A DNA stretch of 64,000 bases from Escherichia coli (GTDB taxonomy: Bacteria > Pseudomonadota > Gammaproteobacteria > Enterobacterales > Enterobacteriaceae): assembly GCF_001677475.2 (NCBI RefSeq), contig NZ_CP015229.1; one strand, 5' to 3'. This document shows, in pieces, positions 35,778-49,421 of the stretch. The notes beneath the pieces are model-generated. The model did not search any database and was not told the DNA's origin. It was given only the letters and a program-made list of their open reading frames with translations. The position numbers were made by a program, and so were the translations under genes. The first letter of the stretch is position 1, and each line of letters opens with the position of its first letter.

Positions 35778-38618
35778 TCATTCTTCCACCAGCCACTTCT
35801 GCCAGCTTGCCCGCACCAGTTCACGCTCTGCGGTGAAGCAATCCTCCGACACATGGCCCGGCAATTCCTGTAATGCCAGATGATGAAGTTCATCGCGCAG
35901 CGTCGTGTAAGCACGGGTCAGCGCCATCGCTTCCTGCTCTTCCATAATGTCGTTTTGCGCCAGTAGTTCCAGAATGCGCACGTTGTCTGACCAGCGCGTT
36001 AACTTCGGTTTTTCATGAGCGTAGCGCAACACCAGATATTGAGTAATAAATTCGATATCGGTAATTCCGCCTTCATCGGCTTTGATATCAAAGCGATCGC
36101 GATGTTTATTGCCGAGATGGGCACGCATTTTCTCGCGCATTTCCCGCACTTCTGTTTGCAGGGTTTTGCCTTCGCGCGGCAGCATCATAATTTCCCGACG
36201 CACCGCGTCAAAGTGCGCAGTGAGCTGTGGATCGCCATACACTACCCGCGCACGCACCAGCGCCTGATGCTCCCACGTCCAGGCCTCGTTTTTCTGATAA
36301 TCAGCAAACGCTTCAGCGGATGTCACGAGCATTCCCGCCGCCCCGGACGGACGCAGCCGCGCATCCACTTCGTACAAAATGCCGGAAGAAGTACGCGTAC
36401 TGAACAGATGCATAATGCGTTGCGCCAGACGCAGATAAAATTGCCGCCCGTCGATTTCCCGCTCGCCGTCGGTCATCACATCCATCGGGCAATCATGGAG
36501 GAAGATCAGGTCAAGATCGGAACTGTAACCTAACTCCCAACCGCCCAGCTTGCCGTAGCCGACCACCGCAAAACCACGGCCTTCGCGTTCGTTCAGGTGA
36601 TTTGGCTTACCGTAGCGGGCAACCATTTGAACCCACGCCTGCTGAACGACGGCGTCAATCATGGCTTCCGCCAGCCAGGTTAAGTGATCGCTCACTTTCA
36701 TCACCGGTAGCGTACCGGCGATATCCGCTGCCGCAATACGTAACAGTTGCGCCTGTTTGAACTGACGCAGCGCCTCAAGCTGTTGTTCTTCGTCATCTTC
36801 CGGCACGCGCAGTAAATACTGGCGCAGTTCATCACGGTAGGCATCCGTCGCCGTCGGCTGGTAGAGAGTGTTTGGATCGAGCAGTTCATCCAGCAATAAC
36901 GGATAACGCGCCAGTTGGCTGGCAATCATCGGCGATGCGGCACACAGAGAAATCAAATGTTTAAGCGCCGCGGGGAATTCACTGAGCAATTCTAAATAGG
37001 TGGTGCGGGTAACAATCCCCACCAGCAAGGCGGTAATGCGCGACAGCGTAACGGCAGCGTCTTCACGCGCACAGACATCACTTAGCAAATGTGGCATCAG
37101 ATGGTCGAGCACCTGACGTCCTCGCGGCCCGATGGTGCGCTTATCCAGCTCTTTGCGGAAATCGGCAATCAGCGTTAGCACCTGTTTGCGATCATCCTCG
37201 CTAAGATGCGCCAGCACTGGCGTGGTGTCATCTTCCTGCAACGCATCCTGCCACAGCTCACGCCACTGTTCCGACAGCGACTCTTCCTGAGTTTCGCTTT
37301 CGTCGTCGCCAATCAATTCGTTAAACACCCGGCGCACATTGGTCATATGTCCGGTCAGCTTCCCTGTTAGTTGCGACCAGTCAGCGAAATCCATTGCCCA
37401 CGCCAGCCGCGCACGATTAAGCTCATCAGAAGGAAGCGTCTGGGTTTGTTCGTCGTTAATGCTTTGCAGCAGGTTTTCCAGACGCCGCAGGAACAGATAC
37501 GCCACTCGCAATTGTTCAGCATCGTTTTCAGAAAGCAGATGCAGCGCGGCAATAGCGCTGAGCGTTGGTAGTAAAGAGCGCGATTGCAGCGACGGTTCAC
37601 GCCCGCCGCGAATAAGCTGGAATACCTGGACGATAAATTCAATTTCTCGAATGCCACCCGCGCCAAGTTTGATGTTGTCGGTCAAACCACGTCGACGCAC
37701 TTCGCGGGCAATCATCCCTTTCATGTTGCGCAGCGACTGGATGACGCTGAAATCGATGTAACGACGGAAAACAAACGGGCGCAGCATCGCACGCAACTCG
37801 TTAGCATAGACGCCTTCGCTATCGCCCATAATCCGCGCCTTGACCATCGCGTAACGCTCCCAGTCGCGCCCCTGCTCCTGGTAATAATCTTCCAGTGCCG
37901 CAAAGCTCAGCACCAGCGGGCCACTTTCGCCAAACGGACGCAGTCGCATATCCACGCGATAGACGAAACCATCCTGCGTTGGTTGATCCAGCACTTTAAT
38001 CAGCCGCTGCCCCATGCGGGTAAAAAACTGCGCGTTATCCATTTCCCGGCGTCCGCCCTGGGTACAACCATGTTCCGGCCAGGCAAAAATCAGATCGATA
38101 TCAGAGGAGAAATTCAGTTCCCCGCCGCCCAGCTTACCCATGCCTAAAATCAGCAGCGGTTGCGCTTCGCCCTGCGCATTGCACGGCGTTCCCCATTCGC
38201 GGCAGCAGGCGTCATACAGCCAGTCACGCGCCGCAACAATCAGCGTCTCCGCCAGATGACTGAGCTGCTGCAAAATGCTCTCTTCAGTAACCAGTGCCAG
38301 CGTTTGCGCCCAGGCGATGCGCACCATAATGCGCCGCCGGAATAGCCGCAGCTCGCGCATTACCCCGGCTTCGTCACTCACATTACTGAGCGCCTCCTGC
38401 AACCAGGCAGCGTAATGCTGCCATTCGTCGGCCTGCGGCGGTTGGCTTTCCAGTTCCGTCAGCCACTCTGGATGCGCAATCACGCTGTCCTGCACAAAAT
38501 CACTGAAAGTAAGTACTGACTTCGCCTGTGCGCTAAGTGATTCCTCGGCTAAAGGCTCTGGCAGCCGCTCAACAACGGTCTGCCAGTACTGCTGTAACGG
38601 TGAAGAGAGCGGCTTCAT
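35778..38618 (-). CDS. glnE: Glutamine synthetase adenylyltransferase/adenylyl-removing enzyme
   Basis: ORF 35778-38822; probable start at internal Met ([12 protein letters not shown]), giving about 946 aa; two nucleotidyltransferase domains. Confidence 0.9.
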   Translation of the reverse strand: MKPLSSPLQQYWQTVVERLPEPLAEESLSAQAKSVLTFSDFVQDSVIAHPEWLTELESQPPQADEWQHYAAWLQEALSNVSDEAGVMRELRLFRRRIMVRIAWAQTLALVTEESILQQLSHLAETLIVAARDWLYDACCREWGTPCNAQGEAQPLLILGMGKLGGGELNFSSDIDLIFAWPEHGCTQGGRREMDNAQFFTRMGQRLIKVLDQPTQDGFVYRVDMRLRPFGESGPLVLSFAALEDYYQEQGRDWERYAMVKARIMGDSEGVYANELRAMLRPFVFRRYIDFSVIQSLRNMKGMIAREVRRRGLTDNIKLGAGGIREIEFIVQVFQLIRGGREPSLQSRSLLPTLSAIAALHLLSENDAEQLRVAYLFLRRLENLLQSINDEQTQTLPSDELNRARLAWAMDFADWSQLTGKLTGHMTNVRRVFNELIGDDESETQEESLSEQWRELWQDALQEDDTTPVLAHLSEDDRKQVLTLIADFRKELDKRTIGPRGRQVLDHLMPHLLSDVCAREDAAVTLSRITALLVGIVTRTTYLELLSEFPAALKHLISLCAASPMIASQLARYPLLLDELLDPNTLYQPTATDAYRDELRQYLLRVPEDDEEQQLEALRQFKQAQLLRIAAADIAGTLPVMKVSDHLTWLAEAMIDAVVQQAWVQMVARYGKPNHLNEREGRGFAVVGYGKLGGWELGYSSDLDLIFLHDCPMDVMTDGEREIDGRQFYLRLAQRIMHLFSTRTSSGILYEVDARLRPSGAAGMLVTSAEAFADYQKNEAWTWEHQALVRARVVYGDPQLTAHFDAVRREIMMLPREGKTLQTEVREMREKMRAHLGNKHRDRFDIKADEGGITDIEFITQYLVLRYAHEKPKLTRWSDNVRILELLAQNDIMEEQEAMALTRAYTTLRDELHHLALQELPGHVSEDCFTAERELVRASWQKWLVEE

Positions 38619-38640
38619 TAGCGATTTTATCCTTGCCTGA

Positions 38641-39942
38641 TTAACGTTTTCCGCTGTGCAACCAGAACGGTTCCTGATTGTTTGCCTCATTACGGAAATG
38701 TTCAATTTCAATGCGTTGACCGGTCGCAATAGCGTGATGCAGCCCCTGCCAGTTCTCCAGCCAGGCTTGCGCGACGACAGGATTGTAGTAACCCGCCAGC
38801 AACAATATCGAATCAATATCACGCGTCAGGCGTGGCAACTGGTCATGGTAGCGATCGCCTAACGGCTGGCAGAAAACGCTTTTCAGTTCCGCGGCATGGC
38901 GGGAAAGATGGATATCGGCAAAGCGTTTGAAGGAATCGCTGATTTTGCCCTGCGCTTTGGCATCTAAAAACGGCTGCCAGGCTTTGCTTACCAGCCATTC
39001 GGTCAACGCCAGCTTCGCCATCGCCGTTTCGGTAGAGTAGACCGCCGTTACGGCAGACACCGCAGAAGCGATGGTCGCTTCGCATTGAGTCAGTAAATCA
39101 CGTAAGTGAGTGCTCGCTTTACGCGGCACAATGCCACCGAACAGCATCAGCGTATGGCGAACAAGGCCAATGGCTGCCAGCACCTGCTCTTTCGCCGCAT
39201 CGTTGCCGCGTACCCACAGTTCTTCATGATACTGCCATTGCGCTAACGCCAGCTCGAGCGCCGCTTCCAGCCCCTGTTCCACATCAGCTTTTGCCGCAAC
39301 ATGCAAAATGGTGGTCGGTTTGATTTCACGCGCGGGATTGCCCTGCGCCAGATGATAGCCACGCGCCGCTTTGCTCAGGCTGCCCTGGCGTAATCCGGTT
39401 TGCGATACCAGTTGGTTCGCCAGTTTCAGCACCGCGCGCGTGTCGCCGCTAAGCAGTTCCAGTTCCAGCTCGCAGATAGGTTCAGCAAATTCACCCGCTT
39501 TCACTTCCCCCTGGTCGAGGGCGATTTCAATTTGGCTACCATCAACCTCTACCAGCCACTTTTCGCGATAAAAATCGGTGCTGAACAGCGGTTGTACGCG
39601 GGAAGCAAGATCGGCAGGCAATTCGCCGTTCGGCCAGACTTCCGTCGGTAACTGCGCCAGGTCGAGCGTCGGTTCGCTCAACGCCACGTTATATTCCGGG
39701 CGCTGGTGTAAGCCGCCTGTCACTCTTCCTGCAACTTTCATGGTCATCTCATAGCGACCGTTTTCGCCACGAATACGCAAGCCCATGTCGTGCCCACGCA
39801 GCCAGTTATCCGGCGTTTCGTAGTAAATATTCAGCAACTGCACGGGGTCATGGTGCTCGCCGCCCAGCGTATTGAGATGGTCACGCAACGCCTCAACGGC
39901 ACTGTGATTAACAATAAACTTTAATTCGATTTCCTGAGCCAT
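38641..39942 (-). CDS. ygiF: Inorganic triphosphatase (CYTH domain) YgiF
   Basis: 433 aa; N-terminal EIELKF CYTH motif. Confidence 0.85.
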   Translation of the reverse strand: MAQEIELKFIVNHSAVEALRDHLNTLGGEHHDPVQLLNIYYETPDNWLRGHDMGLRIRGENGRYEMTMKVAGRVTGGLHQRPEYNVALSEPTLDLAQLPTEVWPNGELPADLASRVQPLFSTDFYREKWLVEVDGSQIEIALDQGEVKAGEFAEPICELELELLSGDTRAVLKLANQLVSQTGLRQGSLSKAARGYHLAQGNPAREIKPTTILHVAAKADVEQGLEAALELALAQWQYHEELWVRGNDAAKEQVLAAIGLVRHTLMLFGGIVPRKASTHLRDLLTQCEATIASAVSAVTAVYSTETAMAKLALTEWLVSKAWQPFLDAKAQGKISDSFKRFADIHLSRHAAELKSVFCQPLGDRYHDQLPRLTRDIDSILLLAGYYNPVVAQAWLENWQGLHHAIATGQRIEIEHFRNEANNQEPFWLHSGKR

Positions 39943-40183
39943 AGCCTTTACTTATCGGTTATGTCACATAAGTGACGATGAACGGCGAACTTAATGCGAT
40001 CTTTTTTGTCAGTAGATAGTATTTTGCGCCAAATTGCCATGCAACGGGCAATTTGACGGGCGTAAAAGTTTGAAGCAGTGGCAAGACCTGACACAGAGGA
40101 TTCCGATTGATGTCGAATGCTTTGCGTAGCGACACTGATGCCACTACTATCGTTCCACTTTCCATGACAATAACGACAGCCTG

Positions 40184-40804
40184 ATGCCAAAATTACGCCT
40201 GATCGGATTAACTTTACTCGCACTTAGCGCCACTGCCGTCTCACACGCTGAAGAAACGCGCTATGTTTCTGATGAACTGAATACCTGGGTCCGTAGCGGT
40301 CCGGGAGATCATTATCGCCTCGTGGGCACGGTTAACGCCGGCGAGGAAGTGACCTTATTACAAACTGACGCCAACACCAATTATGCCCAGGTGAAAGACA
40401 GCTCTGGCCGTACCGCCTGGATCCCGTTGAAACAACTTAGCACAGAGCCAAGCCTGCGCTCCCGTGTGCCAGATCTGGAAAATCAGGTCAAAACCCTGAC
40501 CGATAAGCTCACCAATATCGATAACACCTGGAATCAGCGCACCGCAGAAATGCAGCAAAAAGTGGCGCAGAGCGACAGCGTGATCAACGGGTTAAAAGAA
40601 GAAAATCAGAAACTGAAAAACGAGCTGATTGTCGCGCAGAAAAAGGTCGATGCCGCCAGCGTACAGCTGGATGACAAACAGCGCACCATCATCATGCAGT
40701 GGTTTATGTATGGCGGCGGCGTGCTGGGGCTTGGCTTGCTGCTCGGTCTGGTACTGCCGCACCTGATCCCAAGCCGCAAACGCAAAGATCGCTGGATGAA
40801 CTAA
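40184..40804 (+). CDS. ygiM: SH3-domain membrane-anchored protein YgiM
   Basis: 206 aa; signal peptide, coiled coil, C-terminal TM. Confidence 0.75.
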   Translation: MPKLRLIGLTLLALSATAVSHAEETRYVSDELNTWVRSGPGDHYRLVGTVNAGEEVTLLQTDANTNYAQVKDSSGRTAWIPLKQLSTEPSLRSRVPDLENQVKTLTDKLTNIDNTWNQRTAEMQQKVAQSDSVINGLKEENQKLKNELIVAQKKVDAASVQLDDKQRTIIMQWFMYGGGVLGLGLLLGLVLPHLIPSRKRKDRWMN

Positions 40805-40867
40805 ATCGCCTTCTTCGTTGCACTGTCTTATTATTAGGAATTGTGTATTTGACGAAGGGATGATGGC

Positions 40868-42106
40868 GTGAAGATTTATCTGGTCGGTGGTGCTGTTCGG
40901 GATGCATTGTTAGGGCTACCGGTCAAAGACAGAGATTGGGTGGTGGTCGGCAGTACGCCACAGGAGATGCTCGACGCGGGCTACCAGCAGGTAGGCCGCG
41001 ATTTTCCTGTTTTTCTGCATCCGCAAACGCATGAAGAGTATGCGCTGGCACGTACTGAACGGAAATCCGGTTCCGGTTACACCGGTTTTACCTGCTATGC
41101 CGCACCGGATGTCACGCTGGAAGATGATCTTAAGCGTCGCGATCTGACCATTAATGCGCTGGCCCAGGACGATAACGGCGAGATTATCGACCCGTACAAC
41201 GGTCTGGGCGATCTGCAAAATCGTCTGTTGCGCCATGTTTCCCCCGCTTTTGGCGAAGATCCGTTACGCGTATTGCGCGTGGCGCGTTTTGCTGCGCGTT
41301 ATGCCCACCTCGGTTTTCGTATTGCCGATGAAACTCTGGCACTGATGCGCGAGATGACCCATGCGGGTGAACTGGAACACCTGACGCCTGAACGGGTATG
41401 GAAAGAGACGGAAAGCGCCCTCACCACCCGCAATCCCCAAGTCTTCTTCCAGGTACTGCGCGATTGTGGTGCACTGCGCGTTTTATTCCCGGAAATTGAC
41501 GCCCTGTTTGGCGTTCCGGCCCCTGCCAAGTGGCATCCGGAAATCGACACGGGTATTCATACCTTAATGACGCTCTCAATGGCGGCGATGCTGAGTCCGC
41601 AGGTCGATGTCCGTTTCGCAACGCTATGCCACGATCTCGGTAAAGGACTGACGCCGCCAGAACTTTGGCCGCGTCATCATGGTCATGGCCCGGCGGGTGT
41701 TAAGTTAGTGGAACAACTCTGCCAGCGTCTGCGTGTGCCAAATGAAATTCGCGATTTAGCCAGACTGGTGGCTGAGTTTCACGATCTCATCCACACCTTC
41801 CCAATGCTGAACCCAAAAACCATCGTCAAATTATTTGATTCCATCGATGCCTGGCGTAAACCGCAGCGTGTCGAGCAACTGGCGCTGACCAGCGAGGCTG
41901 ACGTGCGCGGCAGAACCGGTTTTGAATCGGCGGACTACCCGCAAGGCCGCTGGTTGCGCGAAGCCTGGGAAGTGGCACAGTCAGTGCCGACAAAAGCCGT
42001 CGTTGAAGCGGGATTTAAAGGTGTGGAGATTCGCGAAGAGCTGACCCGACGGAGGATTGCGGCGGTAGCCAGCTGGAAGGAACAACGTTGCCCAAAGCCT
42101 GATTAA
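40868..42106 (+). CDS. cca: tRNA nucleotidyltransferase (CCA-adding enzyme)
   Basis: 412 aa; GGAVRD nucleotidyltransferase motif plus HD domain; GTG start. Confidence 0.9.
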   Translation: MKIYLVGGAVRDALLGLPVKDRDWVVVGSTPQEMLDAGYQQVGRDFPVFLHPQTHEEYALARTERKSGSGYTGFTCYAAPDVTLEDDLKRRDLTINALAQDDNGEIIDPYNGLGDLQNRLLRHVSPAFGEDPLRVLRVARFAARYAHLGFRIADETLALMREMTHAGELEHLTPERVWKETESALTTRNPQVFFQVLRDCGALRVLFPEIDALFGVPAPAKWHPEIDTGIHTLMTLSMAAMLSPQVDVRFATLCHDLGKGLTPPELWPRHHGHGPAGVKLVEQLCQRLRVPNEIRDLARLVAEFHDLIHTFPMLNPKTIVKLFDSIDAWRKPQRVEQLALTSEADVRGRTGFESADYPQGRWLREAWEVAQSVPTKAVVEAGFKGVEIREELTRRRIAAVASWKEQRCPKPD

Positions 42107-42137
42107 CTTTTTAAATTCAGTATATTGCAGAAATCCT

Positions 42138-42176
42138 TTAGGTCGGATAAGACGCACAAGCGTCATATCCGACACT
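42138..42176. repeat. REP-like palindromic element between cca and uppP
   Basis: GTCGGATAAGACGC...GCGTCATATCCGAC imperfect palindrome. Confidence 0.4.
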
Positions 42177-42185
42177 ATCTCTCAA

Positions 42186-43010
42186 TCAAAAGAACACAAC
42201 GTACACCGCAGCTGCCACAATAAAGCGATAAATGGCGAACGGGATAAACGAAATGCGCTTAATCAGTTGCAGGAAGGTTTTAATCGCTATCAGTGCCACC
42301 ACAAAAGCGGTGATAAACCCAACGGCAAACATCGGGATATCGCCGGTTGTCAGGAAGCCCCAGCTTTTGTAGAGATCGAGCGCCGTTGCGCCCATCATCA
42401 TCGGCACCGCCAGCAGGAACGAGAACTCGGAAGCAGCGTAACGGCTCACGCCCATCAGCATCCCACCTGAAATGGTCGCCCCGGAACGGGAGAAACCCGG
42501 CCACAGCGCCAGACACTGGAAACAGCCAATCATAAACGCCTGACGATAGGTCATATCATCAAGACCCGGCGCACGCGGCTCTTTCGGCTTCAGGCATTCG
42601 GCGGCAATCAGCAACAAACCGCCAACGACCAGTGCATACATCACATTTATCGGGTTAAACAATGACTTAATCGTGTCGTGGAACAACAGCCCCAGTACCA
42701 CCGCCGGAATCATCCCCAGCAAAATGTGGATCAGCGTTAAACGACCTTTGCTTTCTCCTTCGTGCTGCAACGGGCGGCCAAAGTGGATGCCAATCAGGCC
42801 AAACAGACGCCGCCAGAACATCACTACTACCGCCAGAATTGATCCTAACTGGATCACAACTTCAAAGGTTTTCGCCGTGTCGCCCTCAAACCCCAACAAG
42901 TGACCGACAATAATCATATGGCCCGTGCTGGATACCGGCAGAAATTCTGTCAATCCTTCGACCACACCCAATATTGCCGCTATCAGCAGCGAGTGCATAT
43001 CGCTCATCAA
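42186..43010 (-). CDS. uppP: Undecaprenyl-diphosphate phosphatase
   Basis: 274 aa polytopic membrane protein (BacA family). Confidence 0.9.
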
Positions 43011-43097
43011 TAAACCCCTAAATTATTAAAATGTACCGCTTGTCCGAACTACTGCAGTATGACCAGGTTATAACCATTTGGTTTAACAGCTGTAAAA

Positions 43098-43466
43098 TTA
43101 ATTATTTTCTTTCAGATTATTGCCACGCTCAATGATTACGCCAACATTCGCCGCCCGCGCCACTGCGCCTGGCTTGCTGAGTTTGATACGCACCCACGGC
43201 GAGTTGAAGCGTGCTAACAGCAGCTCCGCCACCTCTTCAGCCACGCGCTCCACCAGCGCAAAACGCGCCCCCTCGACGTGGCTGACCACCGTTTCTGCAA
43301 TGTCAGCGTAACTGAGGCAATCCGCCACATCATCACTTTTCGCCGCTTTACGGTTATCCCATGCCATTTCGATATCGAACACTAACTTCTGTTCGATGGT
43401 CTGTTCCCAGTCGTAAACACCAATAGTGGTGATTACCGAAAGTTGCTCTATAAATACAATATCCAT
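43098..43466 (-). CDS. folB: Dihydroneopterin aldolase
   Basis: about 122 aa; MDIVFIEQLSVITTIGVYDWEQ. Confidence 0.85.
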   Translation of the reverse strand: MDIVFIEQLSVITTIGVYDWEQTIEQKLVFDIEMAWDNRKAAKSDDVADCLSYADIAETVVSHVEGARFALVERVAEEVAELLLARFNSPWVRIKLSKPGAVARAANVGVIIERGNNLKENN

Positions 43467-43570
43467 CACGTCCTGCCTGCTTTTTGGCTAACCGGATACC
43501 ACTTCCGGCGAAATGTGCGTATTATCCACAGATTCATCGTTGAACACGAATTTTCAAAACGGAACAGCTT

Positions 43571-44188
43571 ATGAGTGCAATCGCGCCTGGAATGATCCTC
43601 ATCGCGTACCTCTGCGGCTCCATTTCCAGTGCCATTCTGGTTTGCCGCTTGTGTGGGCTGCCCGATCCGCGAACCAGCGGCTCCGGCAATCCAGGCGCAA
43701 CCAATGTGTTACGTATCGGTGGCAAGGGAGCAGCCGTAGCAGTACTGATTTTCGACGTTCTGAAAGGAATGTTGCCCGTCTGGGGCGCGTATGAATTAGG
43801 TGTCAGCCCCTTCTGGCTAGGCTTAATTGCCATCGCCGCCTGTCTTGGACACATCTGGCCCGTTTTCTTCGGATTTAAAGGAGGAAAAGGCGTTGCTACC
43901 GCTTTTGGTGCCATCGCACCAATTGGCTGGGATCTCACCGGAGTAATGGCGGGAACCTGGTTACTGACCGTGCTATTGAGCGGATACTCGTCGCTGGGAG
44001 CGATTGTCAGCGCACTGATTGCTCCGTTTTATGTCTGGTGGTTTAAGCCACAATTCACCTTCCCGGTTTCGATGCTCTCTTGCCTGATCCTGCTGCGTCA
44101 TCATGACAACATCCAGCGTCTGTGGCGTCGTCAGGAGACAAAAATCTGGACGAAATTCAAAAGAAAGCGCGAAAAGGATCCCGAGTGA
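43571..44188 (+). CDS. plsY: Glycerol-3-phosphate acyltransferase PlsY
   Basis: 205 aa membrane protein; divergent from folB. Confidence 0.85.
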
Positions 44189-44200
44189 TTTCTGGTGGAT

Positions 44201-45133
44201 CTACATAACCTGATAGCCTTCGTCGGGCTTGCCCAGCCGTTGCTGGCACCATGCCGCCAGAAATTCCACGCAGACACGTAATTTCATGCTGCGATAGAGC
44301 GGCTCCCGGTAAACAGCCCAGATATTGGCGCTTTGTGCATACTCCGGCAATACTCGCACCAGTTTGCCACTCTCCAGAAACGGCAACACATCCCACTCGG
44401 AACGCAACATAATCCCTTTGCCCTCCAGCGCCCATTGCAACACTATCTCGCCGCTATTGGAGGAAAGATGCCCGCTTACCTTCACCGATTTTTTCTCCTG
44501 ACCGTTCCCCAACTCCCATATTCCGTGAGTCATATCGCGCTCTTTGGTCACCAGACAATCATGACGACTTAATTCCTGTAAGGATTGTGGCTGCGGATAT
44601 TTTTGCAGATACTCAGGTGCTGCGCATAATATTCTTTTATTTTTCGTTAACAGATGCGCAATATAATAATCAGGAATTTCGTCATTAATACGAATATCCA
44701 GATCAATATTATCCTGCACTAAATCAATTTGCCGATCGAACAATTCAAAATGCACCTGTAACTCAGGATAATTGCGCATCAGTTCGGTAATGGCTGGCGC
44801 AATATGGCTGCGCCCAAAACCAAAACTGCAACCAATACGAATCATCCCCTCCGGGCGCGTTTTGATTTGCGTGACGTCATCGACCAGTCGCTGATATTGG
44901 GTGAGGATTTCCAACGCATGTTCGTAACAACGTTGGCCACTTTCAGTCAGCGCCACGCCGCGAGCGGATCGGTTCAGCAGCGTTGTTGCCAGCGTATTTT
45001 CAAGGATTTGGATCCGCTTGGTGACAAATGCAGGCGTCTGCCCAAGCGTCGCCGCTGCGGCGCTAAAACTCTCGCTGTGGACGATTTCTACCAGTACCTG
45101 CAAATCTTTGGCTAAAGGCCAGCTATTCAGCAT
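44201..45133 (-). CDS. ttdR: LysR-type regulator of tartrate utilisation
   Basis: 310 aa; N-terminal HTH; divergent from ttdA. Confidence 0.8.
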   Translation of the reverse strand: MLNSWPLAKDLQVLVEIVHSESFSAAAATLGQTPAFVTKRIQILENTLATTLLNRSARGVALTESGQRCYEHALEILTQYQRLVDDVTQIKTRPEGMIRIGCSFGFGRSHIAPAITELMRNYPELQVHFELFDRQIDLVQDNIDLDIRINDEIPDYYIAHLLTKNKRILCAAPEYLQKYPQPQSLQELSRHDCLVTKERDMTHGIWELGNGQEKKSVKVSGHLSSNSGEIVLQWALEGKGIMLRSEWDVLPFLESGKLVRVLPEYAQSANIWAVYREPLYRSMKLRVCVEFLAAWCQQRLGKPDEGYQVM

Positions 45134-45339
45134 CGTTAATTATCCGCAGTTGTGATAAGCGCAGTGTATTTCGCAAAACATTGCCATTCCCTGCTCTGGC
45201 GCAATATTCATTCTTATTTTCGCGTTGATTCACGAACTGTGAATTACATATTCACGGCGGCAAAAAATATAAAACCACATTTTTAGTGGTAGTTTGTGGC
45301 GGTGAATTTTTCCAGACAAATACATAAACTGGAGTTGCC

Positions 45340-46251
45340 ATGATGAGCGAAAGTAATAAGCAACAGGCAGTGAATAAGTTGACGGAGATTATCGCTAACT
45401 TTACCGCCATGATTTCTACCCGAATGCCCGATGACGTGGTGGACAAACTAAAACAGCTAAAGGATGCCGAAACGTCGTCGATGGGGAAAATCATCTACCA
45501 CACGATGTTCGACAACATGCAAAAAGCAATCGACCTGAATCGCCCGGCCTGCCAGGACACCGGCGAAATCATGTTTTTTGTTAAGGTCGGTTCCCGTTTC
45601 CCACTGCTTGGCGAGCTGCAAAGCATTCTTAAGCAAGCCGTGGAAGAGGCAACCGTCAAAGCGCCACTGCGTCACAATGCGGTAGAAATTTTTGACGAAG
45701 TGAACACCGGCAAAAATACCGGCAGCGGCGTACCGTGGGTCACCTGGGATATCGTCCCCGACGGTGACGATGCGGAAATCGAAGTTTACATGGCAGGCGG
45801 CGGCTGCACGTTGCCTGGTCGTTCGAAAGTGTTAATGCCGTCGGAAGGCTACGAAGGCGTAGTGAAATTCGTCTTCGAAAATATCTCCACCCTCGCCGTA
45901 AACGCCTGTCCACCGGTACTGGTAGGCGTGGGCATCGCCACCTCGGTGGAAACCGCCGCTGTGCTCTCACGTAAAGCCATTTTGCGCCCAATTGGCAGCC
46001 GCCACCCCAATCCGAAAGCGGCAGAGCTGGAGCTACGCCTGGAAGAAGGACTCAACCGTCTGGGGATTGGTCCACAAGGGCTGACTGGCAACAGTTCAGT
46101 GATGGGCGTACATATCGAATCTGCCGCCCGCCATCCGTCAACCATCGGCGTTGCTGTTTCTACAGGCTGCTGGGCGCATCGTCGCGGCACACTGCTGGTT
46201 CATGCCGATCTCACCTTTGAAAATCTGTCTCACACCCGGAGCGCGTTATGA
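45340..46251 (+). CDS. ttdA: L(+)-tartrate dehydratase alpha subunit
   Basis: 303 aa Fe-S hydro-lyase alpha chain. Confidence 0.85.
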   Translation: MMSESNKQQAVNKLTEIIANFTAMISTRMPDDVVDKLKQLKDAETSSMGKIIYHTMFDNMQKAIDLNRPACQDTGEIMFFVKVGSRFPLLGELQSILKQAVEEATVKAPLRHNAVEIFDEVNTGKNTGSGVPWVTWDIVPDGDDAEIEVYMAGGGCTLPGRSKVLMPSEGYEGVVKFVFENISTLAVNACPPVLVGVGIATSVETAAVLSRKAILRPIGSRHPNPKAAELELRLEEGLNRLGIGPQGLTGNSSVMGVHIESAARHPSTIGVAVSTGCWAHRRGTLLVHADLTFENLSHTRSAL

Positions 46252-46853
46252 AAAAGATCCTGACAACCCCGATCAAAGCTGAAGATCTGCAAGATATTCG
46301 CGTCGGCGATGTGATCTACCTGACCGGTACGCTGGTGACCTGTCGTGACGTTTGTCACCGTCGCTTGATCGAACTGAAACGTCCGATCCCTTACGATCTC
46401 AACGGCAAAGCGATTTTCCACGCTGGCCCCATCGTGCGCAAAAACGGCGACAAATGGGAGATGGTATCCGTCGGTCCGACAACCAGTATGCGTATGGAAA
46501 GTTTTGAACGTGAATTTATCGAACAGACCGGCGTGAAACTGGTGGTCGGCAAAGGCGGAATGGGGCCGCTGACCGAAGAAGGCTGCCAGAATTTCAAGGC
46601 GCTGCATGTGATTTTCCCGGCAGGCTGCGCAGTACTGGCGGCAACCCAGGTGGAAGAGATTGAAGAAGTGCACTGGACAGAACTCGGGATGCCGGAGTCG
46701 CTGTGGGTCTGCCGGGTCAAAGAGTTCGGTCCGCTGATTGTTTCTATTGATACCCACGGCAACAACCTGATAGCCGAAAACAAAAAGCTGTTCGCCGAAC
46801 GCCGCGATCCCATCGTGGAAGAGATTTGCGAGCACGTCCACTACATCAAATAA
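46248..46853 (+). CDS. ttdB: L(+)-tartrate dehydratase beta subunit
   Basis: 201 aa; 4-nt overlap with ttdA. Confidence 0.85.
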   Translation: MKKILTTPIKAEDLQDIRVGDVIYLTGTLVTCRDVCHRRLIELKRPIPYDLNGKAIFHAGPIVRKNGDKWEMVSVGPTTSMRMESFEREFIEQTGVKLVVGKGGMGPLTEEGCQNFKALHVIFPAGCAVLAATQVEEIEEVHWTELGMPESLWVCRVKEFGPLIVSIDTHGNNLIAENKKLFAERRDPIVEEICEHVHYIK

Positions 46854-46901
46854 CCCTCCCGGAGAGGCTCACCCCCTCTCCTTTTTCGCAGGCATAACAC
46901 G

Positions 46902-48365
46902 ATGAAACCTTCCACTGAATGGTGGCGATACCTTGCGCCGCTGGCGGTCATCGCCATTATTGCTCTAATTCCGGTTCCCGCAGGGCTGGAGAGTCATACC
47001 TGGCTCTACTTTGCCGTTTTTACTGGCGTGATCGTTGGGCTGATCCTCGAACCCGTGCCGGGTGCCGTGGTGGCGATGGTGGGTATCTCCATTATCGCCA
47101 TTCTCTCGCCGTGGCTGCTGTTTAGCCCCGATCAACTCGCCCAGCCAGGCTTTAAGTTCACCGCCAAATCCCTCTCCTGGGCAGTTTCTGGTTTTTCTAA
47201 TTCGGTTATCTGGCTGATTTTCGCCGCCTTTATGTTTGGCACAGGCTATGAAAAAACCGGGCTGGGGCGACGTATCGCGCTGATTCTGGTGAAAAAGATG
47301 GGGCATCGCACGCTGTTTCTCGGCTATGCGGTGATGTTCTCCGAGCTGATCCTGGCACCTGTAACACCGTCCAACTCGGCGCGTGGTGCGGGAATTATCT
47401 ATCCCATCATCCGTAACCTGCCACCGCTCTATCAATCACAACCAAATGACAGCAGTTCACGCAGCATTGGCTCGTACATCATGTGGATGGGGATTGTTGC
47501 CGACTGCGTGACCAGCGCCATTTTCCTGACGGCGATGGCACCAAACTTGCTGTTAATTGGACTGATGAAAAGTGCATCTCACGCCACGCTGAGTTGGGGC
47601 GACTGGTTCCTCGGGATGTTGCCGCTCAGTATTTTACTGGTGCTGCTGGTTCCCTGGCTGGCTTACGTGCTGTACCCGCCGGTACTGAAGTCTGGCGATC
47701 AGGTGCCGCGCTGGGCAGAGACGGAACTGCAGGCAATGGGCCCGCTCTGTTCGCGTGAAAAACGGATGCTGGGGCTGATGGTAGGCGCGCTGGTGCTGTG
47801 GATTTTCGGCGGTGATTATATCGATGCCGCGATGGTCGGTTACAGCGTGGTGGCGCTGATGCTGCTTCTGCGCATTATCAGTTGGGACGACATTGTCAGT
47901 AATAAAGCGGCGTGGAACGTTTTCTTCTGGCTGGCCTCGCTTATCACCCTCGCTACCGGACTCAACAACACCGGTTTTATTAGCTGGTTTGGCAAACTGT
48001 TAGCAGGCAGCTTAAGCGGTTATTCGCCGACGATGGTGATGGTGGCGTTGATTGTGGTCTTTTATCTGCTGCGCTACTTTTTTGCCAGCGCCACGGCGTA
48101 TACCTCCGCCCTCGCACCGATGATGATTGCCGCTGCGCTGGCGATGCCGGAAATCCCGCTGCCGGTGTTCTGCCTGATGGTTGGTGCGGCAATTGGTCTG
48201 GGGAGCATTCTTACACCATATGCCACCGGCCCCAGTCCGATTTACTACGGCAGTGATTATCTGCCAACGGCGGATTACTGGCGACTGGGGGCGATTTTTG
48301 GGCTGATATTCCTCGTATTGCTGGTGATTACCGGCTTACTGTGGATGCCCGTGGTGTTGCTTTAA
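46902..48365 (+). CDS. ttdT: Tartrate/succinate antiporter (DASS family)
   Basis: 487 aa polytopic transporter. Confidence 0.85.
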   Translation: MKPSTEWWRYLAPLAVIAIIALIPVPAGLESHTWLYFAVFTGVIVGLILEPVPGAVVAMVGISIIAILSPWLLFSPDQLAQPGFKFTAKSLSWAVSGFSNSVIWLIFAAFMFGTGYEKTGLGRRIALILVKKMGHRTLFLGYAVMFSELILAPVTPSNSARGAGIIYPIIRNLPPLYQSQPNDSSSRSIGSYIMWMGIVADCVTSAIFLTAMAPNLLLIGLMKSASHATLSWGDWFLGMLPLSILLVLLVPWLAYVLYPPVLKSGDQVPRWAETELQAMGPLCSREKRMLGLMVGALVLWIFGGDYIDAAMVGYSVVALMLLLRIISWDDIVSNKAAWNVFFWLASLITLATGLNNTGFISWFGKLLAGSLSGYSPTMVMVALIVVFYLLRYFFASATAYTSALAPMMIAAALAMPEIPLPVFCLMVGAAIGLGSILTPYATGPSPIYYGSDYLPTADYWRLGAIFGLIFLVLLVITGLLWMPVVLL

Positions 48366-48407
48366 GTAAGGACGGTGCCGGAAGTAACTCTCCGGCACCC
48401 GATAGTT

Positions 48408-49421
48408 TTACGCAGCCGGTAACTCCGCCAGCGGCCAGCGCGGACGCACGCTAACGCCGAGATCCGCCGTCGCGCCTGCTTTAAACCGCACCATTCCGGC
48501 ATAGGCGATCATCGCACCGTTATCGGTACAAAACTCCGGACGCGCGTAGAACACTTCGCCGCGGCGTTTTTTCATCATTTCAGCCAGCTTCGCCCGTAAC
48601 GTGCGGTTAGCACTCACGCCGCCTGCCATGACCAGTCGCTTAAAGCCAGTCTGATCCAGCGCTCGCTTACACTTAATCATCAACGTATCGACCACCGCAT
48701 CTTCAAAGGCACGGGCGATATCAGCACGCGTCTGGTCGTCGGTGCCGTTGTCACGAATGGTATTTGCCGCGAAGGTTTTCAGGCCGGAGAAGCTGAAATC
48801 CAGCCCCGGACGGTCGGTCATCGGACGCGGGAAGACAAAGCGCCCGGCAGTACCCTGAGCCGCCATTTTCGACAGCAGCGGCCCGCCTGGATAATCCAGC
48901 CCCAGCAGCTTCGCGGTTTTATCAAACGCTTCACCAGCGGCATCATCAATGGACTCGCCGAGCAGCTCATACTGACCAATGCCGGTAACGCTGATTAACT
49001 GCGTATGACCGCCGGAAACCAGCAGCGCGACAAACGGAAATTCCGGTGGGTTATCTTCCAGCATCGGCGCTAACAGATGCCCTTCCATATGGTGTACCGG
49101 GATTGCCGGAACGTCCCAGGCAAATGCCAGAGAACGCCCCACGGTCGCGCCAACCAACAGCGCGCCGACTAATCCAGGGCCTGCGGTATAGGTCACTGCG
49201 TCAATGTCTTTTGCCGTTAAACCAGACTCCTTTAGCGCCGCCTGGATCAACGGTACGGTTTTACGCACATGATCGCGGGAGGCCAGCTCAGGCACTACAC
49301 CGCCGTAGTCAGCGTGCAATTTCACCTGACTATACAATTGGTTGGCTAACAAACCTTTTTCATCGTCGTAAATGGCGATGCCGGTTTCATCGCAGGAAGT
49401 TTCAATACCCAGTACACGCAT
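48408..49421 (-). CDS. tsaD: tRNA N6-threonylcarbamoyladenosine synthase TsaD
   Basis: 337 aa; [19 protein letters not shown]. Confidence 0.9.
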   Translation of the reverse strand: MRVLGIETSCDETGIAIYDDEKGLLANQLYSQVKLHADYGGVVPELASRDHVRKTVPLIQAALKESGLTAKDIDAVTYTAGPGLVGALLVGATVGRSLAFAWDVPAIPVHHMEGHLLAPMLEDNPPEFPFVALLVSGGHTQLISVTGIGQYELLGESIDDAAGEAFDKTAKLLGLDYPGGPLLSKMAAQGTAGRFVFPRPMTDRPGLDFSFSGLKTFAANTIRDNGTDDQTRADIARAFEDAVVDTLMIKCKRALDQTGFKRLVMAGGVSANRTLRAKLAEMMKKRRGEVFYARPEFCTDNGAMIAYAGMVRFKAGATADLGVSVRPRWPLAELPAA